64,000 nt of DNA from Squalus acanthias (taxonomy: Eukaryota): positions 3,782,001 through 3,846,000 of the forward strand of contig JASTWF010000035.1 in the NCBI GenBank assembly GCA_030390025.1. The letters are read 5' to 3'. A program made the translations under genes and the position numbers. Shown one piece after another: positions 1 through 11,658 of the stretch. Each line of letters opens with the position of its first letter. The stretch's first letter is position 1. The notes below the pieces were generated by a model. It was not told where the DNA came from and did not search any database. It was given only the letters and a program-made list of their open reading frames with translations.

Positions 1-3000
1 ACTGTGTATAGTGAGTGGGTCTGTTATCTCACTGTGTTAGTGAGTGGGTCTGTTATCTCACCGTGTTTAGTGAGTGGGTCTGTTATCTCACTGTGTTTAG
101 TGAGTGGGACTGTTATCTCACTGTGTTTAGTGAGTGGGACTGTTATCTCACCTGTGTTTAGTGAGTGGGTCTGTTATCTCACCTGTGTTTAGTGAGTGGG
201 ACTGTTATCTCACCTGTGTTAGTGAGTGGGACTGTTATCTCACTATCTTTGGTGAGTGGGACTGTTATCTCACTGTGTTTAGTGAGTGGGTCTGTTATCT
301 CACTGTGTTTGGTGAGTGGGACTGTTATCTCACTGTTTAGTGAGTGGGACTGTTATCTCACTGTGTTAGGTGAGTGGGTCTGTTATCTCACTGTGTTTAG
401 TGAGTGGGTCTGTTATCTCACTGTGTTAGTGAGTGGGTCTGTTATCTCACTGTGTTAGTGAGTGGGTCTGTTATCTCACTGTTTAGTGAGTGGGTCTGTT
501 TTCTCACTGTGTTTGGTGAGTGGGTCTGTTATCTCACTGTGTTTGGTGAGTGGGACTGTTATCTCACTGTTTAGTGAGTGGGACTGTTATCTCACTGTGT
601 TTAGTGAGTGGGTCTGTTATCTCACTGTGTTAGTGAGTGGGTCTGTTATCTCACCGTGTTAGTGAGTGGGTCTGTTATCTCACTGTGTTTAGTGAGTGGG
701 TCTGTTATCTCACTGTGTTTAGTGAGTGGGTCTGTTATCTCACTGTGTTTAGTGAGTGGGTCTGTTATCTCACTGTGTTTGGTGAGTGGGACTGTTATCT
801 CACTGTGTTTAGTGAGTGGGACTGTTATCTCACTGTGTTTAGTGAGTGGGTCTGTTATCTCACTGTGTTTAGTGAGTGGGACTGTTATCTCACTGTGTTT
901 AGTGAGTGGGTCTGTTTTCTCACTGTGTTTGGTGAGTGGGACTGTTATCTCACTGTGTTTAGTGAGTGGGTCTGTTATCTCACTGTGTTTAGTGAGTGGG
1001 TCTGTTATCTCACTGTGTTTGGTGAGTGGGTCTGTTATCTCACTGTGTTTAGTGAGTGGGTCTGTTATCTCACTGTGTTTAGTGAGTGGGTCTGTTATCT
1101 CACCGTGTTTAGTGAGTGGGTCTGTTATCTCACTGTGTTAGTGAGTGGGTCTGTTATCTCACTGTGTTTAGTGAGTGGGTCTGTTATCTCACTGTGTTTA
1201 GTGAGTGGGTCTGTTATCTCACTGTGTTAGTGAGTGGGACTGTTATCTCACTGTGTTTGTGAGTGGATCTGTTATCTCACTGTGTTTAGTGAGTGGGTCT
1301 GTTATCTCACTGTGTTTAGTGAGTGGGACTGTTATCTCACTGTGTTTAGTGAGTGGGTCTGTTATCTCACTGTGTTTAGTGAGTGGGACTGTTATCTCAC
1401 TGTGTTTAGTGAGTGGGTCTGTTATCTCACTGTGTTTAGTGAGTGGGTCTGTTATCTCACCGTGTTAGTGAAGTGGGTCTGTTATCTCACTGTGTTTAGT
1501 GAGTGGGGACTGTTATCTCACCGTGTTAGTGAGTGGGGTCTGTTATCTCACCGTGTTTAGTGAGTGGGTCTGTTATCTCACTGTGTTTAGTGAGTGGGTC
1601 TGTTATCTCACTGTGTTTAGTGAGTGGGTCTGTTATCTCACCTGTGTTTAGTGAGTGGGTCTGTTATCTCACTGTGTTTAGTGAGTGGGTCTGTTATCTC
1701 ACTGTGTTTAGTGAGTGGGTCTGTTATCTCACTGTGTTTAGTGAGTGGGACTGTTATCTCACCGTGTTAGTGAGTGGGTCTGTTATCTCACTGTGTTTAG
1801 TGAGTGGGTCTGTTATCTCACTGTGTTTAGTGAGTGGGTCTGTTATCTCACCGTGTTTAGTGAGTGGGTCTGTTATCTCACTGTGTTTAGTGAGTGGGTC
1901 TGTTATCTCACTGTGTTTAGTGAGTGGGTCTGTTATCTCACTGTGTTTAGTGAGTGGGTCTGTTATCTCACCGTGTTAGTGAATGGGTCTGTTATCTCAC
2001 TGTGTTTAGTGAGTGGGACTGTTATCTCACCGTGTTAGTGAGTGGGTCTGTTATCTCACCGTGTTTAGTGAGTGGGTCTGTTATCTCACTGTGTTTAGTG
2101 AGTGGGTCTGTTATCTCACCGTGTTTAGTGAGTGGGTCTGTTATCTCACTGTGTTTAGTGAGTGGGTCTGTTATCTCACTGTGTTTAGTGAGTGGGTCTG
2201 TTATCTCACTGTGTTTAGTGAGTGGGTCTGTTATCTCACTGTGTTTAGTGAGTGGGACTGTTATCTCACTGTGTTTAGTGAGTGGGTCTGTTATCTCACT
2301 GTTTAGTGAGTGGGTCTGTTATCTCACTGTGTTTAGTGAGTGGGTCTGTTATCTCACTGTGTTTAGTGAGTGGGTCTGTTATCTCACTGTGTTTAGTGAG
2401 TGGGTCTGTTATCTCACCGTGTTTAGTGAGTGGGTCTGTTATCTCACTGTGTTTAGTGAGTGGGACTGTTATCTCACTGTGTTTAGTGAGTGGGTCTGTT
2501 ATCTCACCGTGTTTAGTGAGTGGGTCTGTTATCTCACTGTGTTTAGTGAGTGGGTCTGTTATCTCACCGTGTTTAGTGAGTGGGACTGTTATCTCACTGT
2601 GTTTAGTGAGTGGGTCTGTTATCTCACCGTGTTTAGTGAGTGGGTCTGTTATCTCACTGTGTTTAGTGAGTGGGTCTGTTATCTCACTGTGTTAGTGAGT
2701 GGGACTGTTATCTCACTGTGTTTAGTGAGTGGGTCTGTTATCTCACTGTGTTTAGTGAGTGGGTCTGTTATCTCACTGTGTTTAGTGAGTGGGACTGTTA
2801 TCTCACTGTGTTAGTGAGTGGGTCTGTTATCTCACCGTGTTTAGTGAGTGGGTCTGTTATCTCACTGTGTTTAGTGAGTGGGACTGTTATCTCACTGTGT
2901 TTAGTGAGTGGGACTGTTATCTCACCGTGTTTAGTGAGTGGGACTGTTATCTCACTGTGTTTAGTGAGTGGGACTGTTATCTCACTGTGTTTAGTGAGTG

Positions 3001-6000
3001 GGTCTGTTATCTCACTGTGTTTAGTGAGTGGGTCTGTTATCTCACCGTGTTTAGTGAGTGGGTCTGTTATCTCACTGTGTTTAGTGAGTGGGACTGTTAT
3101 CTCACTGTGTTTAGTGAGTGGGACTGTTATCTCACTGGTTTAGTGAGTGGGACTGTTATCTCACGTGTTTAGTGAGTGGGACTGTTATCTCACTGTGTTT
3201 AGTGAGTGGGTCTGTTATCTCACCGTGTTTAGTGAGTGGGTCTGTTATCTCACTGTGTTTGGTGAGTGGGTCTGTTATCTCACTGTGTTTAGTGAGTGGG
3301 ACTGTTATCTCACTGTGTTTAGTGAGTGGGACTGTTATCTCACCTGTGTTTAGTGAGTGGGACTGTTATCTCACCGTGTTTAGTGAGTGGGACTGTTATC
3401 TCACTGTGTTTGTGAGTGGGACTGTTATCTCACTGTGTTTAGTGAGTGGGTCTGTTATCTCACTGTGTTTAGTGAGTGGGACTGTTATCTCACTGTGTTA
3501 GTGAGTGGGTCTGTTATCTCACTGTGTTTAGTGAGTGGGTCTGTTATCTCACTGTGTTAGTGAGTGGGTCTGTTATCTCACTGTGTTTAGTGAGTGGGTC
3601 TGTTATCTCACTGTGTTTAGTGAGTGGGTCTGTTATCTCACTGTGTTTAGTGAGTGGGTCTGTTATCTCACTGTGTTTGGTGAGTGGGTCTGTTATCTCA
3701 CTGTGTTTAGTGAGTGGGTCTGTTATCTCACTGTGTTTAGTGAGTGGGACTGTTATCTCACTGTGTTTAGTGAGTGGGTCTGTTATCTCACTGTGTTTAG
3801 TGAGTGGGTCTGTTATCTCACTGTGTTTAGTGAGTGGGTCTGTTATCTCACTGTGTTTAGTGAGTGGGTCTGTTATCTCACTGTGTTTAGTGAGTGGGAC
3901 TGTTATCTCACTGTGTTTAGTGAGTGGGTCTGTTATCTCACTGTGTTTAGTGAGTGGGACTGTTATCTCACTGTGTTTAGTGAGTGGGTCTGTTATCTCA
4001 CTGTGTTTAGTGAGTGGGTCTGTTATCTCACTGTGTTTAGTGAGTGGGTCTGTTATCTCACTGTGTTTAGTGAGTGGGTCTGTTATCTCACTGTGTTTAG
4101 TGAGTGGGTCTGTTATCTCACTGTGTTTAGTGAGTGGGTCTGTTATCTCACTGTGTTTAGTGAGTGGGTCTGTTATCTCACTGTGTTTAGTGAGTGGGTC
4201 TGTTATCTCACTGTGTTTAGTGAGTGGGTCTGTTATCTCACTGTGTTTGGTCAGTGGGTCTGTTATCTCACCGTGTTTAGTGAGTGGGTCTGTTATCTCA
4301 CTGTGTTTGGTGAGTGGGTCTGTTATCTCACTGTGTTTGGTGAGTGGGTCTGTTATCTCACCGTGTTTCGTGAGTGGGTCTGTTATCTCACCGTGTTTAG
4401 TGAGTGGGTCTGTTATCTCACCGTGTTAGTGAGTGGGTCTGTTATCTCACCGTGTTTAGTGAGTGGGTCTGTTATCTCACTGTGTTTAGTGAGTGGGACT
4501 GTTATCTCACTGTGTTTAGTGAGTGGGACTGTTATCTCACTGTGTTTAGTGAGTGGGACTGTTATCTCACCGTGTTTAGTGAGTGGGTCTGTTATCTCAC
4601 TGTGTTTAGTGAGTGGGACTGTTATCTCACTGTGTTTAGTGAGTGGGACTGTTATCTCCCTGTGTTTAGTGAGTGGGTCTGTTATCTCACCTTGTTAGTG
4701 AGTGGGTCTGTTATCTCACTGTGTTTAGTGAGTGGGTCTGTTATCTCACCGTGTTAGTGAGTGGGTCTGTTATCTCACTGTGTTTAGTGAGTGGGTCTGT
4801 TATCTCACTGTGTTTAGTGAGTGGGACTGTTATCTCACTGTGTTAGTGAGTGGGACTGTTATCTCACTGTGTATAGTGAGTGGGTCTGTTGTCTCACCGT
4901 GTTTAGTGAGTGGGTCTGATATCTCACTGTGTTTAGTGAGTGGGTCTGTTATCTCACTGTGTTAGTGAGTGGGACTGTTATCTCACTGTGTTTAGTGAGT
5001 GGGTCTGTTATCTCACCGTGTTAGTGAGTGGGACTGTTATCTCACTGTGTTTAGTGAGTGGGTCTGTTATCTCACCGTGTTTAGTGAGTGGGTCTGTTAT
5101 CTCACTGTGTTTGGTGAGTGGGTCTGTTATCTCACTGTGTTTAGTGAGTGGGACTGTTATCTCACTGTGTTTAGTGAGTGGGACTGTTATCTCACCGTGT
5201 TTAGTGAGTGGGACTGTTATCTCACTGTGTTTGGTGAGTGGGTCTGTTATCTCACTGTGTTAGTGAGTGGGTCTGTTATCTCACTGTGTTTGGTGAGTGG
5301 GTCTGTTATCTCACTGTGTTAGTGAGTGGGTCTGTTATCTCACTGTGTTTAGTGAGTGGGTCTGTTATCTCACTGTGTTAGTGAGTGGGTCTGTTATCTC
5401 ACTGTGTTTAGTGAGTGGGTCTGTTATCTCACTGTGTTTAGTGAGTGGGTCTGTTATCTCACTGTGTTTAGTGAGTGGGTCTGTTATCTCACTGTGTTTA
5501 GTGAGTGGGTCTGTTATCTCACTGTGTTTAGTGAGTGGGTCTGTTATCTCACTGTGTTTAGTGAGTGGGTCTGTTATCTCACTGTGTTTAGTGAGTGGGT
5601 CTGTTATCTCACTGTGTTTAGTGAGTGGGTCTGTTATCTCACTGTGTTTAGTGAGTGGGTCTGTTATCTCACTGTGTTTGGTGAGTGGGTCTGTTATCTC
5701 ACTGTGTTTAGTGAGTGGGTCTGTTATCTCACTGTGTTTAGTGAGTGGGTCTGTTATCTCACCGTGTTTAGTGAGTGGGTCTGTTATCTCACTGTGTTAG
5801 TGAGTGGGTCTGTTATCTCACTGTGTTTAGTGAGTGGGTCTGTTATCTCACTGTGTTTAGTGAGTGGGTCTGTTATCTGACTGTGTTTAGTGAGTGGGAC
5901 TGTTATCTCACTGTGTTTGGTGAGTGGATCTGTTATCTCACTGTGTTTAGTGAGTGGGTCTGTTATCTCACTGTGTTTAGTGAGTGGGACTGTTATCTCA

Positions 6001-7156
6001 CTGTGTTTGGTGAGTGGGTCTGTTATCTCACTGTGTTTGGTGAGTGGGTCTGTTATCTCACCGTGTTTAGTGAGTGGGTCTGTTATCTCACTGTGTTTGG
6101 TGAGTGGGTCTGTTATCTCACTGTGTTTGGTGAGTGGGTCTGTTATCTCACCGTGTTTAGTGAGTGGGTCTGTTATCTCACTGTGTTTAGTGAGTGGGTC
6201 TGTTATCTCACTGTGTTTAGTGAGTGGGTCTGTTATCTCACTGTGTTTAGTGAGTGGGACTGTTATCTCACCGTGTTTAGTGAGTGGGTCTGTTATCTCA
6301 CTGTGTTTAGTGAGTGGGACTGTTATCTCACTGTGTTTAGTGAGTGGGACTGTTATCTCACTGTGTTTCGTGAGTGGGTCTGTTATCTCACCGTGTTAGT
6401 GAGTGGGTCTGTTATCTCACTGTGTTTAGTGAGTGGGTCTGTTATCTCACCGTGTTAGTGAGTGGGTCTGTTATCTCACTGTGTTTAGTGAGTGGGTCTG
6501 TTATCTCACTGTGTTTAGTGAGTGGGACTGTTATCTCACTGTGTTAGTGAGTGGGACTGTTATCTCACTGTGTATAGTGAGTGGGTCTGTTGTCTCACCG
6601 TGTTTAGTGAGTGGGTCTGTTATCTCACTGTGTTAGTGAGTGGGACTGTTATCTCACTGTGTTTAGTGAGTGGGTCTGTTATCTCACCGTGTTAGTGAGT
6701 GGGACTGTTATCTCACTGTGTTTAGTGAGTGGGTCTGTTATCTCACCGTGTTAGTGAGTGGGTCTGTTATCTCACTGTGTTTGGTGAGTGGGTCTGTTAT
6801 CTCACTGTGTTTAGTGAGTGGGACTGTTATCTCACTGTGTTTAGTGAGTGGGACTGTTATCTCACCGTGTTTAGTGAGTGGGACTGTTATCTCACCGTGT
6901 TTAGTGAGTGGGACTGTTATCTCACTATCTTTGGTGAGTGGTACTGTTATCTCACTGTGTTTAGTGAGTGGGTCTGTTATCTCACTGTGTTTGGTGAGTG
7001 GGTCTGTTATCTCACTGTTAGTGAGTGGGTCTGTTATCTCACTGTGTTTAGTGAGTGGGTCTGTTATCTCACCGTGTTAGTGAGTGGGTCTGTTATCTCA
7101 CTGTGTTTAGTGAGTGGGTCTGTTATCTCACTGTGTTTAGTGAGTGGGACTGTTAT
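1..7156. repeat. 30-bp minisatellite array, consensus ACTGTGTTTAGTGAGTGGGTCTGTTATCTC, about 240 copies, cut by the window start; intronic in FBXO41
   Basis: Directly visible 30-bp periodicity with few variants (GGTC/GGAC, CACT/CACC, TTAG/TTGG, 1-2 bp indels). Ends about 185 bp upstream of the FBXO41 exon. Confidence 0.98.
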
Positions 7157-7341
7157 TTTTTAGCTGTCTTTCTGTCTAAACCTCCCTCTCTTTCTGTTTC
7201 TCTACCTCCTGTTCCCCTCTTCCCTATTTGTTATCATTTTAAATTACGGAAATGAACCTGTTACAATACTCTGGCTACCCAGTCCTTTATGTTGGGATCT
7301 GTATCTCTCATGATAACTATTAATGTTTCTTCCCTTTCAAG

Positions 7342-7457
7342 GTGTCTGTCGCAGTTTAAAATCTATTGTGGTGCATATTGGGATAGCTGATTACTTTGAG
7401 GAGCCGGACAGCCCAGAAGCTCGAAAGTTGTTTGAAGAAATGGTCAACAAACTTCAG
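7342..7457 (+). CDS. FBXO41: F-box only protein 41, penultimate coding exon (xVCRSLKSIVVHIGIADYFEEPDSPEARKLFEEMVNKLQ)
   Basis: Acceptor ttcttccctttcaag (phase 1) and donor CAG|gtagag (phase 0). The peptide matches the human FBXO41 C-terminus as I recall it (SICRNLKSIVVQIGIADYFKEPSSPEAQKLFEDMVTKLQ). Confidence 0.9.
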
Positions 7458-7756
7458 GTAGAGTCTATGGCCTGGATTTTGCGATGGGTAATGACGGCGA
7501 AATGTCAGCGTTTGCTGTCATTACCCCTCTGAAACTGACTGTAACTTCAGGATTTAGCACATGCGCATTTAAACACAGAAATCCTGAAGTTGCAGTCAGT
7601 CATTCACTGCTCCGACACAAACTGCTCTGTGGGGCCCCACCCCCCCGCATAGCCAGCAATCAGTAAAATCAGTGGAACTGAGGAAAACTTGATCTTTTCC
7701 GCGCTAATATCACTGTTAAATGCCCCATTAAATGTTAAGCCTTGTTGGAATAGGTG

Positions 7757-8797
7757 TAACAACAACAACAACTTGTATTTATATAGCGCCTTTAACGTAG
7801 TAAAACGTCCCAAGGTGCTGCACAGGAGTATTTTAAGACAACAAATTTGACACCGATCCACATAAGAACAAGCCTGCTCCGCCATTCAATAAGATCATGG
7901 CTGATCTGATCTTGGCCTCAACTCCACTTTCCTGCCCGCTCCCCATAACCCTTGACTCCCTTACCTTTCAAAAATCTGTCTATCTCCACCTTAAATATAT
8001 TCAATGGCCCAGCCTCCACAGCTCTCTGGGGAAGAGAATTCCAAAGATTCACGACCCTCTGAGAGAAGAAATTCCTCCTCATTTCCGATTTAAAAGGGTG
8101 CCCCCTTATTGTGAAATTATGCCCCCTAGTTCCAGATTCCCCCACGAGGGGAAACATCCTCTCTGCATCTACCCTGTCAAGCCCCTTCAGAATCTTATTT
8201 GTTTCAATAAGATCCACTCTCATTCTTCTAAATATTCACAAGGATAAATTAGGGCAGGTGACCAAAAGCTTGGTCAAAGAGGTAGGTTTTAAGGAGCGTC
8301 TTAAAGGAGAAAAGAGAGGGAGGGAATTACAGAGCTTTGGGCCTAGGCAACAGAAGGCACGACCACCAAAGGTTGAGCGATTATAATCAAGGATGCTCAA
8401 GAGGGGCGCAGATATCTCGGGCGGGGGCAGGGGTGGGGGGGCGCGGCTGAAGGAGATTACAGAGATAGGAAGGGGCGAGGCCATGGAGGGATTTGGAAAC
8501 AAGGATGAGAATTTTGAAATCGAGGTGCTGCTTAACCGGGAACCAATGTAGGTCAGCGAGCACAGGGGTGATGGGCGAACGGGACTTGGTGCGGGTTAGG
8601 ACACGGGCAGCCGAGTTTTTTTATGACCAAGTTTACGTAGGGTGGAATGTGGGAGGCCAGCCAGGAGTACATTGGAATAGTCAAGTCTAGAGGTAACAAA
8701 GGCATGGATGAGGGTTTCAGCAGCGGATGAGCTGAGGCAAGGGTGGAGACAGGCGATATTATGGAGGTGGAAGTAGGCGGTCTTTGTTATGCTGTGG
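7757..8797 (-). mobile_element. L2 LINE 3' fragment containing a nested CR1 piece
   Basis: Minus-strand peptides AETLIHAFVTSRLDYSNVLLAGLP and STFGGRAFCCLGPKLCNSLP are typical of the L2 ORF2 C-terminus; (GTT)n tail at 7757-7772. Confidence 0.85.
7861..8231 (-). mobile_element. CR1 LINE 3' end nested in L2
   Basis: DLIETNKILKG...TRGH...RRNFFSQRVVNLWNSLP plus CR1 3' UTR. Confidence 0.9.
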
Positions 8798-9921
8798 GTA
8801 ACTGGAGTTTTAACAGTGTATTGACTGCTAAACAACCGTTCTGGCCCTGAAAAACTAATTTTTATATTTGTGAAATGTCAGATTTCTCCATTATGATAAA
8901 AATTACTAGATTTAGAAAAAAATTAAAACTTTTTTTTAAAGTTTGTACATATTTCAACTTATACCTTAAATGTGGTCTAGGTCCAAATCTTTATTTTGCT
9001 CTCTGTAACATTTTTATAAAGTGCAGATAATCAGTGCTTTTCATTTCCTGGTTTGATGTCCGTGAGAATTCTTCAATGTGATTGGCTGCTTAGCTTGATG
9101 ACATCGCAGCTGTATCACGCTAGGAATCCCCTATTGACAGCGCTACAATCAATTACACGTCGAGAAACCTAAAGTTTTTGCAACAGAGATCACGAGATCT
9201 CTGTGGGCAGCTTTCTTCAAGGTCAATGGCGATCGCCGTCTCTACAGCCCTATGTGTCCTGCAGTCTGCCATAATCTTAAATCCCACCTGGCCAAACCAA
9301 TATTTACGATTGTAGGACTTATCTTTTTAGTATTCAGTAATCACTAAATAAATCAATTTATTTTTTCCAGTTGCTTAAATTGCTTGACAAACGATGTGAT
9401 ATTCTATGAATTATAGAAGCATGATATGTATATGCTTGAACAAATGAATGCCAAACTATGGACATAACCAAGTGAATTATTATCAAGGGTACCCTAAATC
9501 CTTGAGTCTGGTGTAAGAAATTAGAAGTGCATGTAACAAGGGCAATACGGTAATCATGGGGGACTTTAATCTACATATTGATTGGGCAAATCAAATTACC
9601 ACTAATGGTATGGAGGACGAATTCTTGGAATGCATGCAAGATGGTTTCCTGGATCAGTATGTGGAGGAACCAACCAGGGAACAGGCTGTTCTGGATCTGG
9701 TACTGTGTAATGAGAAAGGGCTAATCAATAATCTTGTGGTAAAGGGGCCTTTAGGGACAAGTGACCATAATATGATTGAATTTTACATTAAGTTAGAGAG
9801 TGATGCAGTCTAATCTGAAACTAAGGTCTTCAATCTAAACAGGAAACTACAAGGGTATGAGGAGCAAGTTGGCCATGGTAGATTGGGAGACTACACTAAA
9901 AGGTATGAAGATGGACAAACA

Positions 9922-10793
9922 GGGGGAAAAATTCAGTTGGTTTGTGCCTCCCGTTAGCGCCTTAAGAGGGCGCTAATGGGGCGCAAAGCAACTCGCGCCC
10001 GTGCGTGGTGATGTTTGCGCCGCTCACGAAATGAACTAGACATTTTGCGGTGGCGCTAAACACTACCGCCACGATCTCCTGCGCCGGCAGATCGTGACGT
10101 CAGTCGAGTGCGTAGCGCCCCGGACCGGATATTGAGTGGCGCCCCCTGCCTTACTGCCTGCCGCTAGCAATGACAGGTTGAGGGGAGCGTTTTGCAGTCA
10201 GGAAGGGACTGGGGGAGCGCTATTTAAAGGCGACCGCTTCCTGCCTTTATTTGTTGGTGACATTTTTGCACCACGCATTCTGAGAGAGAGAGACTTCTGG
10301 AGAGATTCAACGCTGTGTGAAGGAGTTTTGGGTACTGAGCAACACTTTGCAGGTTCATTTTGATTTGCCCTTGTATCGATTTAGAAGAGACTGTGGGGGC
10401 TGCACTCTGAGCTCTTTCTCTGGGTCTCTCCATTCTTCTTTCCAGCAGATTTGATGTACAGGTCTCTCCAGGCCGAGATTCAAGGCTGCAATGAGCAGGG
10501 TAGGATGGAGAGCAAGATCGACCCTCCCCTTTAAGAACTGGCCGGCGCCATTGTGTGTGTGTTCCATTGCTGACTGACATCACATGAGCTTCACCAGCGC
10601 TCTGAGGTAGCGCCTCGCTCCTCGGCCTTTGCACCTTAAGACAGTTGTGAAGCGCCTGATTTAGCGCTCCAATCACCTCCAGGGGCGATAAAAGCCAAGT
10701 TTGCAGTCGGAGGCGATAATTAGCGCCAGGCGCTAATCTTTGCGCCCGGCCGATAATTGCGCTTCAAATGGGGCGATACTGAATTTCTCCCCC
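9922..10793. mobile_element. Non-autonomous DNA transposon with 16-bp TIRs and 3-bp TSD (Harbinger/PIF-like)
   Basis: Left TIR GGGGGAAAAATTCAGT, right TIR ACTGAATTTCTCCCCC (15/16 match); ACA duplicated at 9919-9921 and 10794-10796. Removing it restores the host CR1 frame DKQWLTFK. Confidence 0.85.
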
Positions 10794-10839
10794 ACAATGG
10801 CTAACATTCAAGGAAATAATGCATAATTTGCAACAAACA

Positions 10840-11658
10840 GCTGGGCCGAAAAATGGCAGATGGAATTTAACCCTGATAAGTGCGAGGTGATTCATTTTGG
10901 TAGGGCAAATTTGAATAAGGATTACAGGGTCAACGGCAGGGTTCTGAGGAACGTGGAGGAGCAGAGGGATCTGGGGGTTCATATCCACAGATCTCTGAAG
11001 GTTGCCACTCAAGTGGATAGAGCAGTAAAGAAGGCCTATGGTGTGTTGGCGTTTATTAACAGAGGGTTTGAGTTTAAGAACCGTGAGGTTATGCTGCAAC
11101 TGTACAGGACCTTGGTGAGACCACATTTGGAATATTGTGTGCAGTTCTGGTCACCTCACTATAGGAAGGACGTGGAAGCATTGGAAAGAGTGCAAAGGAG
11201 ATTTACCAGGATGCTGCCTGGTTTGGGGGGGAGGTCTTATGAGGAAAGATTGAGGGAGTTGGGGCTTTTCTCTTTAGAGCGGAGGAGGATGAGAGGCGAC
11301 TTAATAGAGGTTTATAAGATGATGAGGGGGATAGATAGAGTGGATGTTCAGAGACTATTTCCTCGGGTAGAGGCAGCTGTTACAAGGGGGCATAACTATA
11401 AGGTGCGTGGGGGGAGATATAGAAGGGATGTCCGAGGTAGATTCTTTACTCAGAGAGTGGTTGGGGTGTGGAATGGACTGCCTGCTGTGATAGTGGAGTC
11501 GGACACTTTAGGAACTTTCAAGCGGTTATTGGATAAGCACATGGAGCACACCAGAGTGATAGGGAGTGTGATAGCTTGATCTTGGTCTCGGACAATGCTC
11601 GGCACAACATCGAGGGCCGAAGGGCCTGTACTGTGCTGTACTGTTCTATGTTCTATGT
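10840..11658 (+). mobile_element. Young 5'-truncated CR1 of a distinct subfamily with an open ORF2 C-terminus
   Basis: Uninterrupted ORF 10860-11579; (TTCTATG)n tail; TSD AAACA at 10835-10839 and 11659-11663. Confidence 0.92.

Larger units (their letters stand above)
7468..9250. mobile_element. Non-autonomous TIR element (Harbinger-like), split by an L2 insertion; same family as 41931-42639 in opposite orientation
   Basis: Starts GGCCTGGATTTTGCG. Segments 7470-7756 and 8800-9250 align by eye to the reverse complement of 41931-42639. Right end is degraded. Confidence 0.6.

Noticed and set aside
1..7156. CRISPR-like array (30-bp repeats with a hairpin)
   Set aside because: Units are head-to-tail with no unique spacers, there are no cas genes, and the context is a vertebrate intron.
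1..7163. Long ORFs of (LVSGSVISLC)n and (FSEWVCYLTV)n
   Set aside because: By-product of a 30-bp unit with stop-free frames; frames switch at random indels and there is no unique coding flank.
7458..7532. ORF extension VESMAWILRW... beyond the exon
   Set aside because: Read-through past the GT donor into a TIR element; similarity to FBXO41 stops at KLQ.
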